The notes beneath the pieces are model-generated. The model was not told the DNA's origin, searched no databases, and saw only the letters and a list, made by a program, of their open reading frames with translations. A program made the position numbers and the translations under genes. A DNA stretch of 63,022 bases, counting the filler, from Octopus bimaculoides (Eukaryota), in assembly GCF_001194135.2 (NCBI RefSeq). It is 8 parts of 7 records of this genome, joined end to end, with 100 filler letters (N's around TTAATTAATTAA, not from the genome) between each part and the next. Parts side by side here need not be neighbours in the genome. Positions count along the whole stretch, not along the records: positions 9,019 to 32,054 come from NC_068981.1; 7 more parts are not named here. One strand, written 5' to 3'. Positions 11,726 through 21,881 of the stretch are shown in pieces; positions within the stretch are counted from its first letter, which is position 1, and the number at the start of each line of letters is the position of its first letter.

Positions 11726-12540
11726 TAGAGTAGTTTACAATGTGCTCAATTCCTACACTGAGCAGTACAAAGTAATGATGCATCATAAACATCGAACAAT
11801 TTTGCGTAAGTTCTTCGAAAAGCTGGTGTTGATTATGATAAATTATAAGACAGAAGATAGTATCCCTCATCCTCCTAGTTACTCTCATTCCCTCCACCGC
11901 CTTCCTTCACGTAGTAGTCAACATACTTTACGGTAAAAAAATATACCTTTTTTTAACAATGCTACGATTATTACTTATTTCCTAAAGTATTTATTTTCAA
12001 ATATTTTCATGTATGCATACTTTGTACGTTTAGAATTACTATTTTCACGCATAAAAGTGGCCATGCTGCTTGTTTTTGTTGTTGTTGTTTTAGAAAAGAA
12101 AAGGAAAAAAAAAGAAGATCTGTTGGAATGAGTTGTCATTTCCAATGGAAATAATTGGGAAAATTAACTTTGCGTTACGAGTTTTCGAGTTACGCCAATT
12201 TTCAAGAACGCATTCCACACGTAATGCGAGTCGCTCTGTAGTCTCTATAATTACAATGACACATAAAAAGAGAATATTATATAAACTCAAGGTCGATAAT
12301 ATTTGGATGCAAATAATCTGGCACTCATGCTAATCAAAACAAACTAGCTCCTGCGTGGTCTTTTGATCTACTTGACAGAGCACTCAAATGCTTTTCAAAT
12401 CTCACCATATCGTCTTAATAAAGAAAATGTAAACTAATTTCACCCTTCCTAAAAAGTCGGGATTGTTTCGTTTTGATAAGCGCTGCCCTAGTGCTAGGCA
12501 ACATCGGCAACGACAAAGAAAACTATATCTTCAATATATA

Positions 12541-12971
12541 GAATCCTTTCTGATATAGGCACAAGGCCTGAAATTTGGAGGAGGGGATAGTCGATTTCAT
12601 CGACCCTATTACTCAACTGGTACTTAATTTATCGATCCCGAAAGGATGAAAGACAAAGTCAACGTTGGCAGAATTTAAATTCAGAACGTAGCGACGGGTG
12701 AAATACCGCAAAGCATTTCGTCCAGCATGCTAACAATTCTCATTTATTTACTGCCCACAAAGGGCTACACACAGAGGGGACAAACAAGGACAGACAAACG
12801 GATTAAGTCGATTTCATCGACCCCATTACTCAACTGGTACTTATTTAATCGACCCCGAAAGGATGAAAGGCAAAGTCGACCTCGGCGGAATTTGAACTCA
12901 GAACGTAGCGGCAGACGAAATACCGCTAAGCATTTCGCCCGGCGTGCTAACGTTTCTGTCGGTCTGCCGCC
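12541..12971 (-). mobile_element. Two tandem SINE family B copies (about 12541-12740 and 12750-12971)
   Basis: Each has ATCGACCCCGAAAGGATGAAAG.CAAAGTC..GAATTTGAACTCAGAACG; the two 3' tails differ. Confidence 0.85.
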
Positions 12972-13301
12972 TCATCAATATATACAAATCAACAGAAATA
13001 GACATTATCAATTTCAAAGCGAAAGAAAAAAAATCGCCTTAAAGTTCAGACAATGTAAAGCCACGTCTAATGTGCTCCCTACCACAATTATCTTACTTAA
13101 TTAGAAGAAATATTTGCCCCAATATATGGTTTTTGTAAGGAGGAAAGAAAAAGATGAAAATAGAAAATGCGTAAAAATAACAAAAGATGATGATAATAAC
13201 GAAAGATGTCTTCACTTTTCAATGAATAATTAAACAATAAAAAAGGTCATAAAACAGTTTGGTAAATTCAGTTGTGAAGACTAATCTAACAGTTATCCTT
13301 T

Positions 13302-13392
<91 letters not shown>
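13302..13392. repeat. (AG)n microsatellite
   Basis: Directly visible. Confidence 0.97.
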
Positions 13393-13396
<4 letters not shown>

Positions 13397-14302
13397 GGAG
13401 TAATTTTGTTTCTGAGCAAATAATAATATAGGCGCAAGACGACCAACTTTCACAAGTGAAAGGTGAAGCACACCATAGTGGAATTTGAACAGAAAACGGA
13501 AAGGGAAATAGCTAAAAACTCAAAGGCATCTTATCCGATGTTCTACCGTCTTTGCTATCTACCACCCTCATACAAAAATGTTAATATTGATTTTCAGCTT
13601 TGGCTCAAAAAATATATTTCGGTGACAGTGGCAGTGGGTGGGATTTGAACTGAGAACATAAACAGCGAGACATTTTGTTCGATATGCCAGAGATTCTGTC
13701 ATCCATCACCATTGGAAGAGGTATAATATGGATTCGTGTATGACTCATTTGGGAGTCGAATATTAAAAGATGTAAATAGCAGTACTTTTAACAACTTGGG
13801 CTCCTAGTTCTTTGAAAGTATAGAAGCAATATAATAATACCTATACAGGGAAATGCAAACTACACAAAATAAGTAAAGAAAAAAAGATGACTTCGTAAAA
13901 GCTGCTATTATAAAAAAAGGTATGGTTCATATTTTAAGGTGAAATTATTCATAAACAGGGAATTCATGCTTGAACATGATATACTCTCGAATATAAATAA
14001 AAAAAAAGGATATGCATATAACAGAAATAACAGAAAACATTGAAAGTATCTAGATTTGCTTATTGTATGGTAAGGATATTTATACGAATGTTTATAGAGG
14101 AATTATATATATATAAAATATAAATGTTACATACACAAACATAAAACAATCAGGCAGACGCACAGATACACAAACAAATGAAACGAAAATAAATTATTCC
14201 CAACCATTAATAGTAGAATATCACGAATTTCTATGATCTTGTTCCTGAGGCCTTTTTCCTCTTCATTGAGTCATTGGAACGTTTTTATCTGGTTTGAAAA
14301 CA

Positions 14303-14338
<36 letters not shown>

Positions 14339-15005
14339 AAAATAACAAAAGTAAAAAACAAAAATACTCTAAAAGCCAAAAAAGAATAAAATAATAATAA
14401 TCTGGCAAATGGTATTTTTGAAAACGTTCCTCACGATAGGATAAATGTGAAACAGAGAGAAAAAAAAAGGTATTCTAGATTAAGGCTATAATCGAATAAA
14501 AGCATAATGGACTAAACGTGTATATCAGAATATACGTATAATGGAATAATGGTATATAGGAGCAATCGAATAGATTGATATAAAAATGGAATGAATTATT
14601 TCAACTAAATAAAATTTACAAAGCATCTTACAATGATTTTTATGTGTCAGTATGCATATAAGTAACCAAAAAAGCTCTCCTTTATCATTGAGCCTAGCTA
14701 AGTCTCAACTTACACCGCCCTAAACAGCAACTACGTAACTGGTAACGAACAAACACCTGCCTTTCCTTGCCTTCAGCTGAAACAATAAGTCCGACTTGCT
14801 CCCAATAACAGCAAAATCTGTCACAAATCACACTTTACCATCTTAAATGAATACATTAAACAATATAGTTCCTATTGTACAAAACAATGAGTTTATCATG
14901 ACTGGAACGCTCAACCTGCAACAAACAGCATTGACATTTTCCTTCAAGTCACAGATTACCGTCATAAGTCAGGAAAACGCACATTAAATGGAAAATGCCG
15001 ATATA

Positions 15006-15190
15006 CAGGGGTGGCCAAAAGTCACCATTTAATTCCAATATTTACTTGTGTTTAAGAACTGAATGAATTTAATAAAAGCATCTAAATATGAAACATCATA
15101 AAAATTGATTGTTCAAAATGAAGTTCTTCTTGAGCGACACATTTTTCCATTCGAGTCAATACAGGATTACAGATAGTATTTATGGAATTT
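15006..15190 (-). mobile_element. Tc1/mariner 3' end fragment (terminal repeat plus transposase C-terminus)
   Basis: TA|CAGGGGTGGCCAAAAGT terminus; the minus strand reads LTRMEKCVAQEELHFEQ, resembling the C..G.HFE C-terminal motif. Confidence 0.55.
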
Positions 15191-15879
15191 TGATTTACTG
15201 TCAGGTAAGAGGACAATAGAAACAATATACAAACACATGTGACATATTATGTCATATCAGTAATTAAAATGGACATCTAGTGACCGAAGATGGGACAGTA
15301 TGTCCTCCTCATGTATAATAACAATTATAATTGACTCATTGGTGTGCATGTATAGACATTTATGTATGTACATTTAAATGTACATATATGTATTCATGTA
15401 TTTATGTTTGTTTATTTATTTATGCATATCTATATATGTTAAAGTATGCATGCATATGCATATATATGTGAGTTTTTATGATTTTTTATATTTTTTTTTA
15501 ATGTTTATTTTTGGATATTGTAAATTAACTTCTTTTACTTTATAAATCTGGACTTTTTCCTTTTTCCCGAGTGTCAAACTAATATACTTGCTTGTTGTTC
15601 GTACACCTGACTTCATCCTTTCATCGTTTGGCAGATGTCCGGTAGCGTAATCAGTAAGCAATGCAATCATCTACCTGGTGATGACAGCATGACCTGAGCT
15701 GTGCCACTTGGCCTTTATGATAACTAATAGTGGAGAAGTTTATGTATTTCGGGGTCGTATTCACGAGTAGTGGAAGGCAGGAGACTGAACTGGGTGATAG
15801 AATTGCAGGTGATGCAGTACTCGATCCTCAGAAGAGGAGAGGTTGGTAAACATTCCAATCTCGTTATCTTCAATATTCG

Positions 15880-16195
15880 GTTTTTGTGCCTTTTCTCGCC
15901 TTTGGTCATGAATGTTGGGTAATGACCGAAAGAGGAGGATCGCGAAATGGGGCTTCGTCGGAAGGATCCCTGAAGTAATATCACTTGACAAGGGGCATAA
16001 CTGGGAGACCAAGGAGACTCTCGAGGTCGAGCTTCTATTTCTCCGCATTGTGACGTCACAGCCCTGGTATTACAGACATGTGATCAGAATGTTGCAGGAA
16101 AGAATCACAGGACGGATTCTTCAAGCCAAGTCAACCGGCAAGAGACTAAGGAGTAGAATAAGAACGAGATGGTTAGATAATAGCTATAATCACCG
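15880..16195 (+). mobile_element. RTE-type LINE C-terminal fragment
   Basis: SQPWYYRHVIRMLQERITGRILQAKSTGKRLRSRIRTRWLD resembles the LRW.GHV.RM...R..R.G.R.RW.D motif. Confidence 0.6.
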
Positions 16196-16199
16196 TTCT

Positions 16200-16375
16200 G
16201 GGGGGCGCATGGTTTAGTGGTTAGGGTGTTGGACGCATGATCGTAAGATTGTGGTTTCGATTCATGGACCGGGCGACGCATTGAGTTCTTGAACAAAACA
16301 TTTCGTATCACGTTGCTTCAGTCCACTCAGCTGGCAAAAATGAGTAATCCTGCGACGGACCGGTATCCCGTCCAT
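16200..16375 (+). mobile_element. tRNA-headed SINE (family C-related variant)
   Basis: GGGGGCGCATGGTTTAGTGGTTAGGG..GGTTTCGATTC head, followed by CAGTCCACTCAGCTGGCAAAAA, which is shared with 57160-57460. Confidence 0.75.
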
Positions 16376-17533
16376 AGCTTTACCTTCATAGTCTCTGTTG
16401 ATCTCACTTGTGAATCCAACCGGAAAGTCTAATGAAGGTTTCTTCTGATAGGATCCTGTGGAAGAGTTGACTGAGGATTCTACCCCTACAACCCTCCCAG
16501 GAATAGTGAGCGGAGAAGATGGAAGAATGGGTAACTAATACTGCAATATGACTATTTACCTATTCGCGATTAGAACCATTTAAACACCATTGGCAGCGAT
16601 TTTACAAACTGTACCATTGTGAGTTATATTTATCATGTCTAGAACATACAGAGAGATAAGTTTGACAGAATTTGCAGACAGTCTAAGAATGCATTTGTTT
16701 TTATAAATCTAGTTCAGTGACTTATAGAAGATTTCGACCTTACCTTTCATTCCTCTAGAGTCAATAAAATATTCCAGTAATACATTAGGAATTTGTCAAT
16801 CATTTTTGTTATTCGTAACTAACAAAATAAATAATTTATATGAATAAAAAAATAGAAATATAAAATGAAACAAAACAAGAAAAAAATAGAAACAAATGAA
16901 GAAATATATATAAAAATGAAAATAAAGAAATATAAATATAAATGAACAGATAAGAATAAAAATATGAAGTAAAAGTAAAAATAAACAAAGCAACGAAAAC
17001 AAAAACAGAAACAAATACAAAACATGAAAACAAAAACTTAAAAAGTACGTGAGTAGTAGCAGGCCTAAAGTGATTATTATTGAAATAGCTGGTGAAATGA
17101 TTAAGTGGCATTTTTATTGAGAAACTACAATAGTGAACACAAGTTTATCGATGTCTCCCGCACTTGCGGGAAAATAGAAAATAATATTAGTCATTGAATG
17201 ATATCATGTTTTTGCTTTTTGTTTTTTTTTAACTCGCCATACTTATTTCTGGCTAGAATTTTTTTGAATACCCTTTGCATGAAGTATGTTAACACAAACT
17301 TACATATTGTTTATCGACGCAGTGAAAACGTTGAGAAGCTGCAACCTCGTAGATGTCTAATATCTTATTTAAACAGTTTATATTGATGAATGACGTTCAA
17401 TGCTAGACTTCTAACTATTTTTTCCTGAACCGAGTGTGCAATAAAGTTTCGAAGAAGCAAATAGAGTTATATATAATAAATATTTCATATATATATCCTG
17501 CAAACTATATTCCTCTCTATCTGCTTAAAAGCA

Positions 17534-17534
<1 letters not shown>

Positions 17535-17595
<61 letters not shown>

Positions 17596-17657
17596 ATATA
17601 TATATATGTATGTGTATATATATACACATATATATGTATGCATGTATGTATATATAT
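17535..17657. repeat. (TATC)n/(TA)n microsatellite abutting an N gap
   Basis: Directly visible. Confidence 0.95.
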
Positions 17658-18340
17658 NNNNNNNNNNNNNNNNNNNNNNNNNNNNNNNNNNNNNNNNNNN
17701 NNNNNNNNNNNNNNNNNNNNNNNNNNNNNNNNNNNNNNNNNNNNNNNNNNNNNNNNNNNNNNNNNNNNNNNNNNNNNNNNNNNNNNNNNNNNNNNNNNNN
17801 NNNNNNNNNNNNNNNNNNNNNNNNNNNNNNNNNNNNNNNNNNNNNNNNNNNNNNNNNNNNNNNNNNNNNNNNNNNNNNNNNNNNNNNNNNNNNNNNNNNN
17901 NNNNNNNNNNNNNNNNNNNNNNNNNNNNNNNNNNNNNNNNNNNNNNNNNNNNNNNNNNNNNNNNNNNNNNNNNNNNNNNNNNNNNNNNNNNNNNNNNNNN
18001 NNNNNNNNNNNNNNNNNNNNNNNNNNNNNNNNNNNNNNNNNNNNNNNNNNNNNNNNNNNNNNNNNNNNNNNNNNNNNNNNNNNNNNNNNNNNNNNNNNNN
18101 NNNNNNNNNNNNNNNNNNNNNNNNNNNNNNNNNNNNNNNNNNNNNNNNNNNNNNNNNNNNNNNNNNNNNNNNNNNNNNNNNNNNNNNNNNNNNNNNNNNN
18201 NNNNNNNNNNNNNNNNNNNNNNNNNNNNNNNNNNNNNNNNNNNNNNNNNNNNNNNNNNNNNNNNNNNNNNNNNNNNNNNNNNNNNNNNNNNNNNNNNNNN
18301 NNNNNNNNNNNNNNNNTCTCAAAGTTTCAACGGATCAGCC

Positions 18341-18390
18341 GTCAATAACTGATGATGGCTGGTAAACCGAAACTTGTATGTCGTTGTCAA
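18341..18390 (+). ncRNA. Candidate type I hammerhead motif
   Basis: CTGATGA-T-GGCT(GGTA)AACC-GAAA-C(TTGTAT)G-TC. The core and GUC site are canonical; helix II has one mismatch and helix I pairs poorly. Confidence 0.45.
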
Positions 18391-18453
18391 CTTTTCCTAA
18401 GGAAAACACACACACACATGCACACACACATGCACACACACACACACGCGCAC

Positions 18454-18496
<43 letters not shown>

Positions 18497-19044
18497 CACA
18501 CACGCACGCATGCACACACATACACGTATGCATGTTTATATATATCATGCTAGAAAAATCAAGTAGAGAAACCGGAATAACAGGCGCCACATCTTACAAT
18601 AAACAATGAAATGTTTGAAAAATGAAAAGCCCTTGTGCTTTTTAAACGTGATTAATCTATTACATCGATATGTTAAGATTCTCGAGTTTGTGATTAATGT
18701 AAACTTAAATTAATTGAAAATAAGTATGAAAGACAGATATATTAAACACATTCTATGTTCATGATGCAATGCAACCGAGCTGACTTTGCCTACATTTTAA
18801 TAAAACATTAGAGAGTTTTATTGTCTTCCACTTTTTACTTATTTTCGTTTAAAAGAATCTGGAAAGTTAAGGAACTGCATAATAACACTTAGATTAAATG
18901 AATTAAAAAAGTTTAAAGGATGATAAATATTAAAGGTTGACAGGAAGATGAAAAGATTACATAACACTAGACGAGCACTATGATGTTCAATTTTTTTCCA
19001 GAAAATTCTATATTGATTTTTTTACATAGAGACACGGCCTCACA

Positions 19045-19220
19045 TTTGTGGAAAGTATAATTGATTAAATCGATCATATTACTTGGCCGTTACTTTATTA
19101 GATCGACTCAGGAAAGATGAAAAGCAAAGCCGACCCTACCAGAATTTTAACTCAAAATATAGACAGTCATAACTAAATATCAAAGTGCCTTTTGTTTGAT
19201 ATTCTACCGTTTCTGACCAT
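19045..19220 (-). mobile_element. Degenerate SINE family B copy
   Basis: GGAAAGATGAAAAGCAAAGCCGACC..AGAATTTTAACTCAAAA aligns to the family B core. Confidence 0.55.
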
Positions 19221-20249
19221 CTGTTCTCCGTAGAAATTCTTTAGCATTCAATACATTTTCGAGTATCTAAAAATAAATAAATAAATAAATAAATAGAATA
19301 AAATCGTATAAATTTTAAGAGCAATTTTAGTAGCTAGATACAGCCTACTATGGTAGTGTTATTTTATTGCAAAAGTTAAATGACTGTAATTGACATAAAA
19401 TATTTGCAACACAGTTGCAAAATTATAGAAAAAATTCTGCAGATAATCAATTATGTCTCATATAATGAGTCAGCAAATATTTGTTCAAATCCACTTGGGA
19501 AGTTTCACTGTTAGGTCTTTAATCCATATAAAGGGGTAAGATGTTCGACGTTCTTTATCTTTAGAAATGTCATACCTTTTGTAGAGAATTTTAGTGCTGG
19601 TATTATCTGGTTTTCAAAATGATGTTGATTATATTAGTTTTAAATTCATGGTAACTAGGCGTGCACTAGTTCTCAAACATGACAACTGGATATAGAGTGG
19701 TTGACTCAGTGAACGAGACTTTTAGAACAAGAACATTAGAGCAAGTATAAAAAGCCCCGCTTATCGAGTTGTCTGTGTATCCATCCTCCTGAAGGGATAT
19801 GAGTCATTTCCTTTGATTTCTAGACAGAAACAAACAAGAAATAACACTTACTGACTAAAGGCAATAAATAAATAAATAAACATTTTGTTATACAGTATTA
19901 TAATTACACGGTGTAACACTCAATGAAGTAGTCGTAAGAATATCGTGATTCTTAAAGTACACGAATAATGTTTTTATTCTTTATTTCCAAATTATTTTTA
20001 GACTCAAAATGATAGTATTAGAGAAATATCCAAATAAGAAAATGATGTTATAATTTCACTCCCTTCTCAGAAACCATATTTGAGTGAGTGCTTTAATTAT
20101 GTGTGATTCATATATGTGATACGTGAGATTGTACAAATGAATCTTAGAGCAAGTACAGAAATCTCCTTTTATCGAGCTGTTTGTGTATCCACCCCTTCTT
20201 TAAGGGTCTGAATGCTAGACCCTTTAATGGCGTCAGATCAGACAACTGG

Positions 20250-20740
20250 AAGCGTTCCATTTCAGATCACTCCAAAGTATCTTCGGTCTCACGTGGAAGG
20301 ACAAAGTACCTCATACAAAAATCTTCCTAATGCTGGGATCTTCAGCACTGAGGTCTGCATCCTCCGTCGTCTTCTCTGCTGGGTTGGCCATGTGAATCGG
20401 ATGCCGGGTAACCGGCTCCCAAAGATGGCCGTCTTCAGCAAAATCGAGATTGGAAGTAGTCCCCCAAAACCTCGTTTTCATGATCATCTCAAGCGGTCTC
20501 TCATTTTATGCGGTGTCCCAACCCATTTGGTTGGACTTAATGGCTGTTAATCGGAAATCTAGAAGGTCCGCTGGAAAAGAGTGCTTTGAAACCGAATGCA
20601 GGAGACTATATAAAAAGGGAAGGAGACATCATCAACCCCCCCTGAAGCTATTGTTCTGGGTCACTGTCAATGCCCTCAGTGCCACAGGATCTACCTATTT
20701 CGTATCAGTCTTGACAGCCACGCCGACTCGCACGAGCAAC
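20250..20740 (+). mobile_element. RTE-clade LINE C-terminal fragment
   Basis: ILRRLLCWVGHVNRMPGNRLPKMAVFSKIE..KPRFHDHLKRSL, followed by a C-x2-C..H knuckle-like remnant (CPQCHRIYLFRISLDSH). Confidence 0.7.
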
Positions 20741-21315
20741 AATATATTGGAGGTAGAGGAGGATGAATGCCTTGGATCGATGCTGTTATCACCTTTAATG
20801 GGTTGTCTGTCACAAGTAAGCACAAATAAATGCACGACTGCAACTGTTCAGTTTAAAGATCTACGTATATTATCGTCATCTAGTCGGATTCCTGTATCTT
20901 GGTTAAGCTACTACTATACTTAGTATACTAGTTTTGACATGCAGAGCAAATTAAACCTACCTTCTCCGTAGCATAAAGCAATAAAGTGTTTCCCGATGAT
21001 CCATTGTGGTTCAGCATTGTATTGCTCTGGAACATCCAATGTTCGAAACATCCACAATGGTGAAACGTATACAAGAGCAACTGATATTGGTATAAATTTG
21101 TTTATCGCAATTTTACTCACACACACGCACACACGTATACAAGTAATAATTTTACATTCGGGTAAGGACCGGGCAGTATACCGTTTAAAGAACGTCCACT
21201 GTATTCGGCTATCTGATGTCATGAACAGTTTGGATATAAGTGAGACTGGATTTACTTCAGGAATTCCTTTGTGACTGTTGAGAAAGGGAAAATGAAATGC
21301 ACGAGATTCTTTATT

Positions 21316-21423
21316 AATCACTACGATCGTTTCGGCTCATCATGCATCGGTCCGTCGCGAGTAAGATTCTGTACAAATAGTCGTGGTGCATCACTTGGTG
21401 CAGATGTACCTCGTCAGGTGATT
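21316..21423 (-). ncRNA. Type I hammerhead ribozyme with intact core and 77-nt helix II region
   Basis: AATCAC-CTGACGA-GGTACATC..GATGAGCC-GAAA-CGATCG-TA-GTGATT: 6-bp helix I, canonical core, palindromic helix III and a GUA site. Confidence 0.75.
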
Positions 21424-21498
21424 CGTCAAAAGGTGCCTCGTTCTTTAATCTCCGTTTTGATTATATAAGAGACTAAAGAACAAAGTATCTTTTGTGAA

Positions 21499-21604
21499 GT
21501 CACCTGACGATGCACGTCTGCACCGAATAACGCAGCATAACTATTTGTATAGAATTTCACCCGCGAGCGACCGTCACACGATGGTACGAAACGATTGTAA
21601 TGAT
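21499..21604 (+). ncRNA. Decayed inverted copy of the same hammerhead
   Basis: GTCAC-CTGACGA-(77 nt)-GAAA-CGATTG-TA-ATGAT. The core is intact, but the base of helix II and the first helix I pair are mismatched. Confidence 0.6.
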
Positions 21605-21645
21605 GCCATTTCCTCTTTCTCCCATGTATACGAATATATATATAT

Positions 21646-21698
<53 letters not shown>

Positions 21699-21749
21699 NN
21701 NNNNNNNNNNNNNNNNNNNNNNNNNNNNNNNNNNNNNNNNNNNNNNNNN

Positions 21750-21790
<41 letters not shown>

Positions 21791-21831
21791 GTGTGCGTGT
21801 GCGTGTGTTTGTGTCTGTATGTATATATATA

Positions 21832-21866
<35 letters not shown>

Positions 21867-21881
21867 ATGTATGTATGTATT

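Noticed and set aside
16200-16275. tRNA-like heads (also 2866-2937, about 36630-36702 and 45720-45792) as tRNA genes
   Set aside because: Acceptor and T stems do not pair fully and each continues into a SINE body.
16796-17111. Phe/Tyr/Leu-rich membrane-like ORFs
   Set aside because: Translation of A-rich low-complexity DNA.
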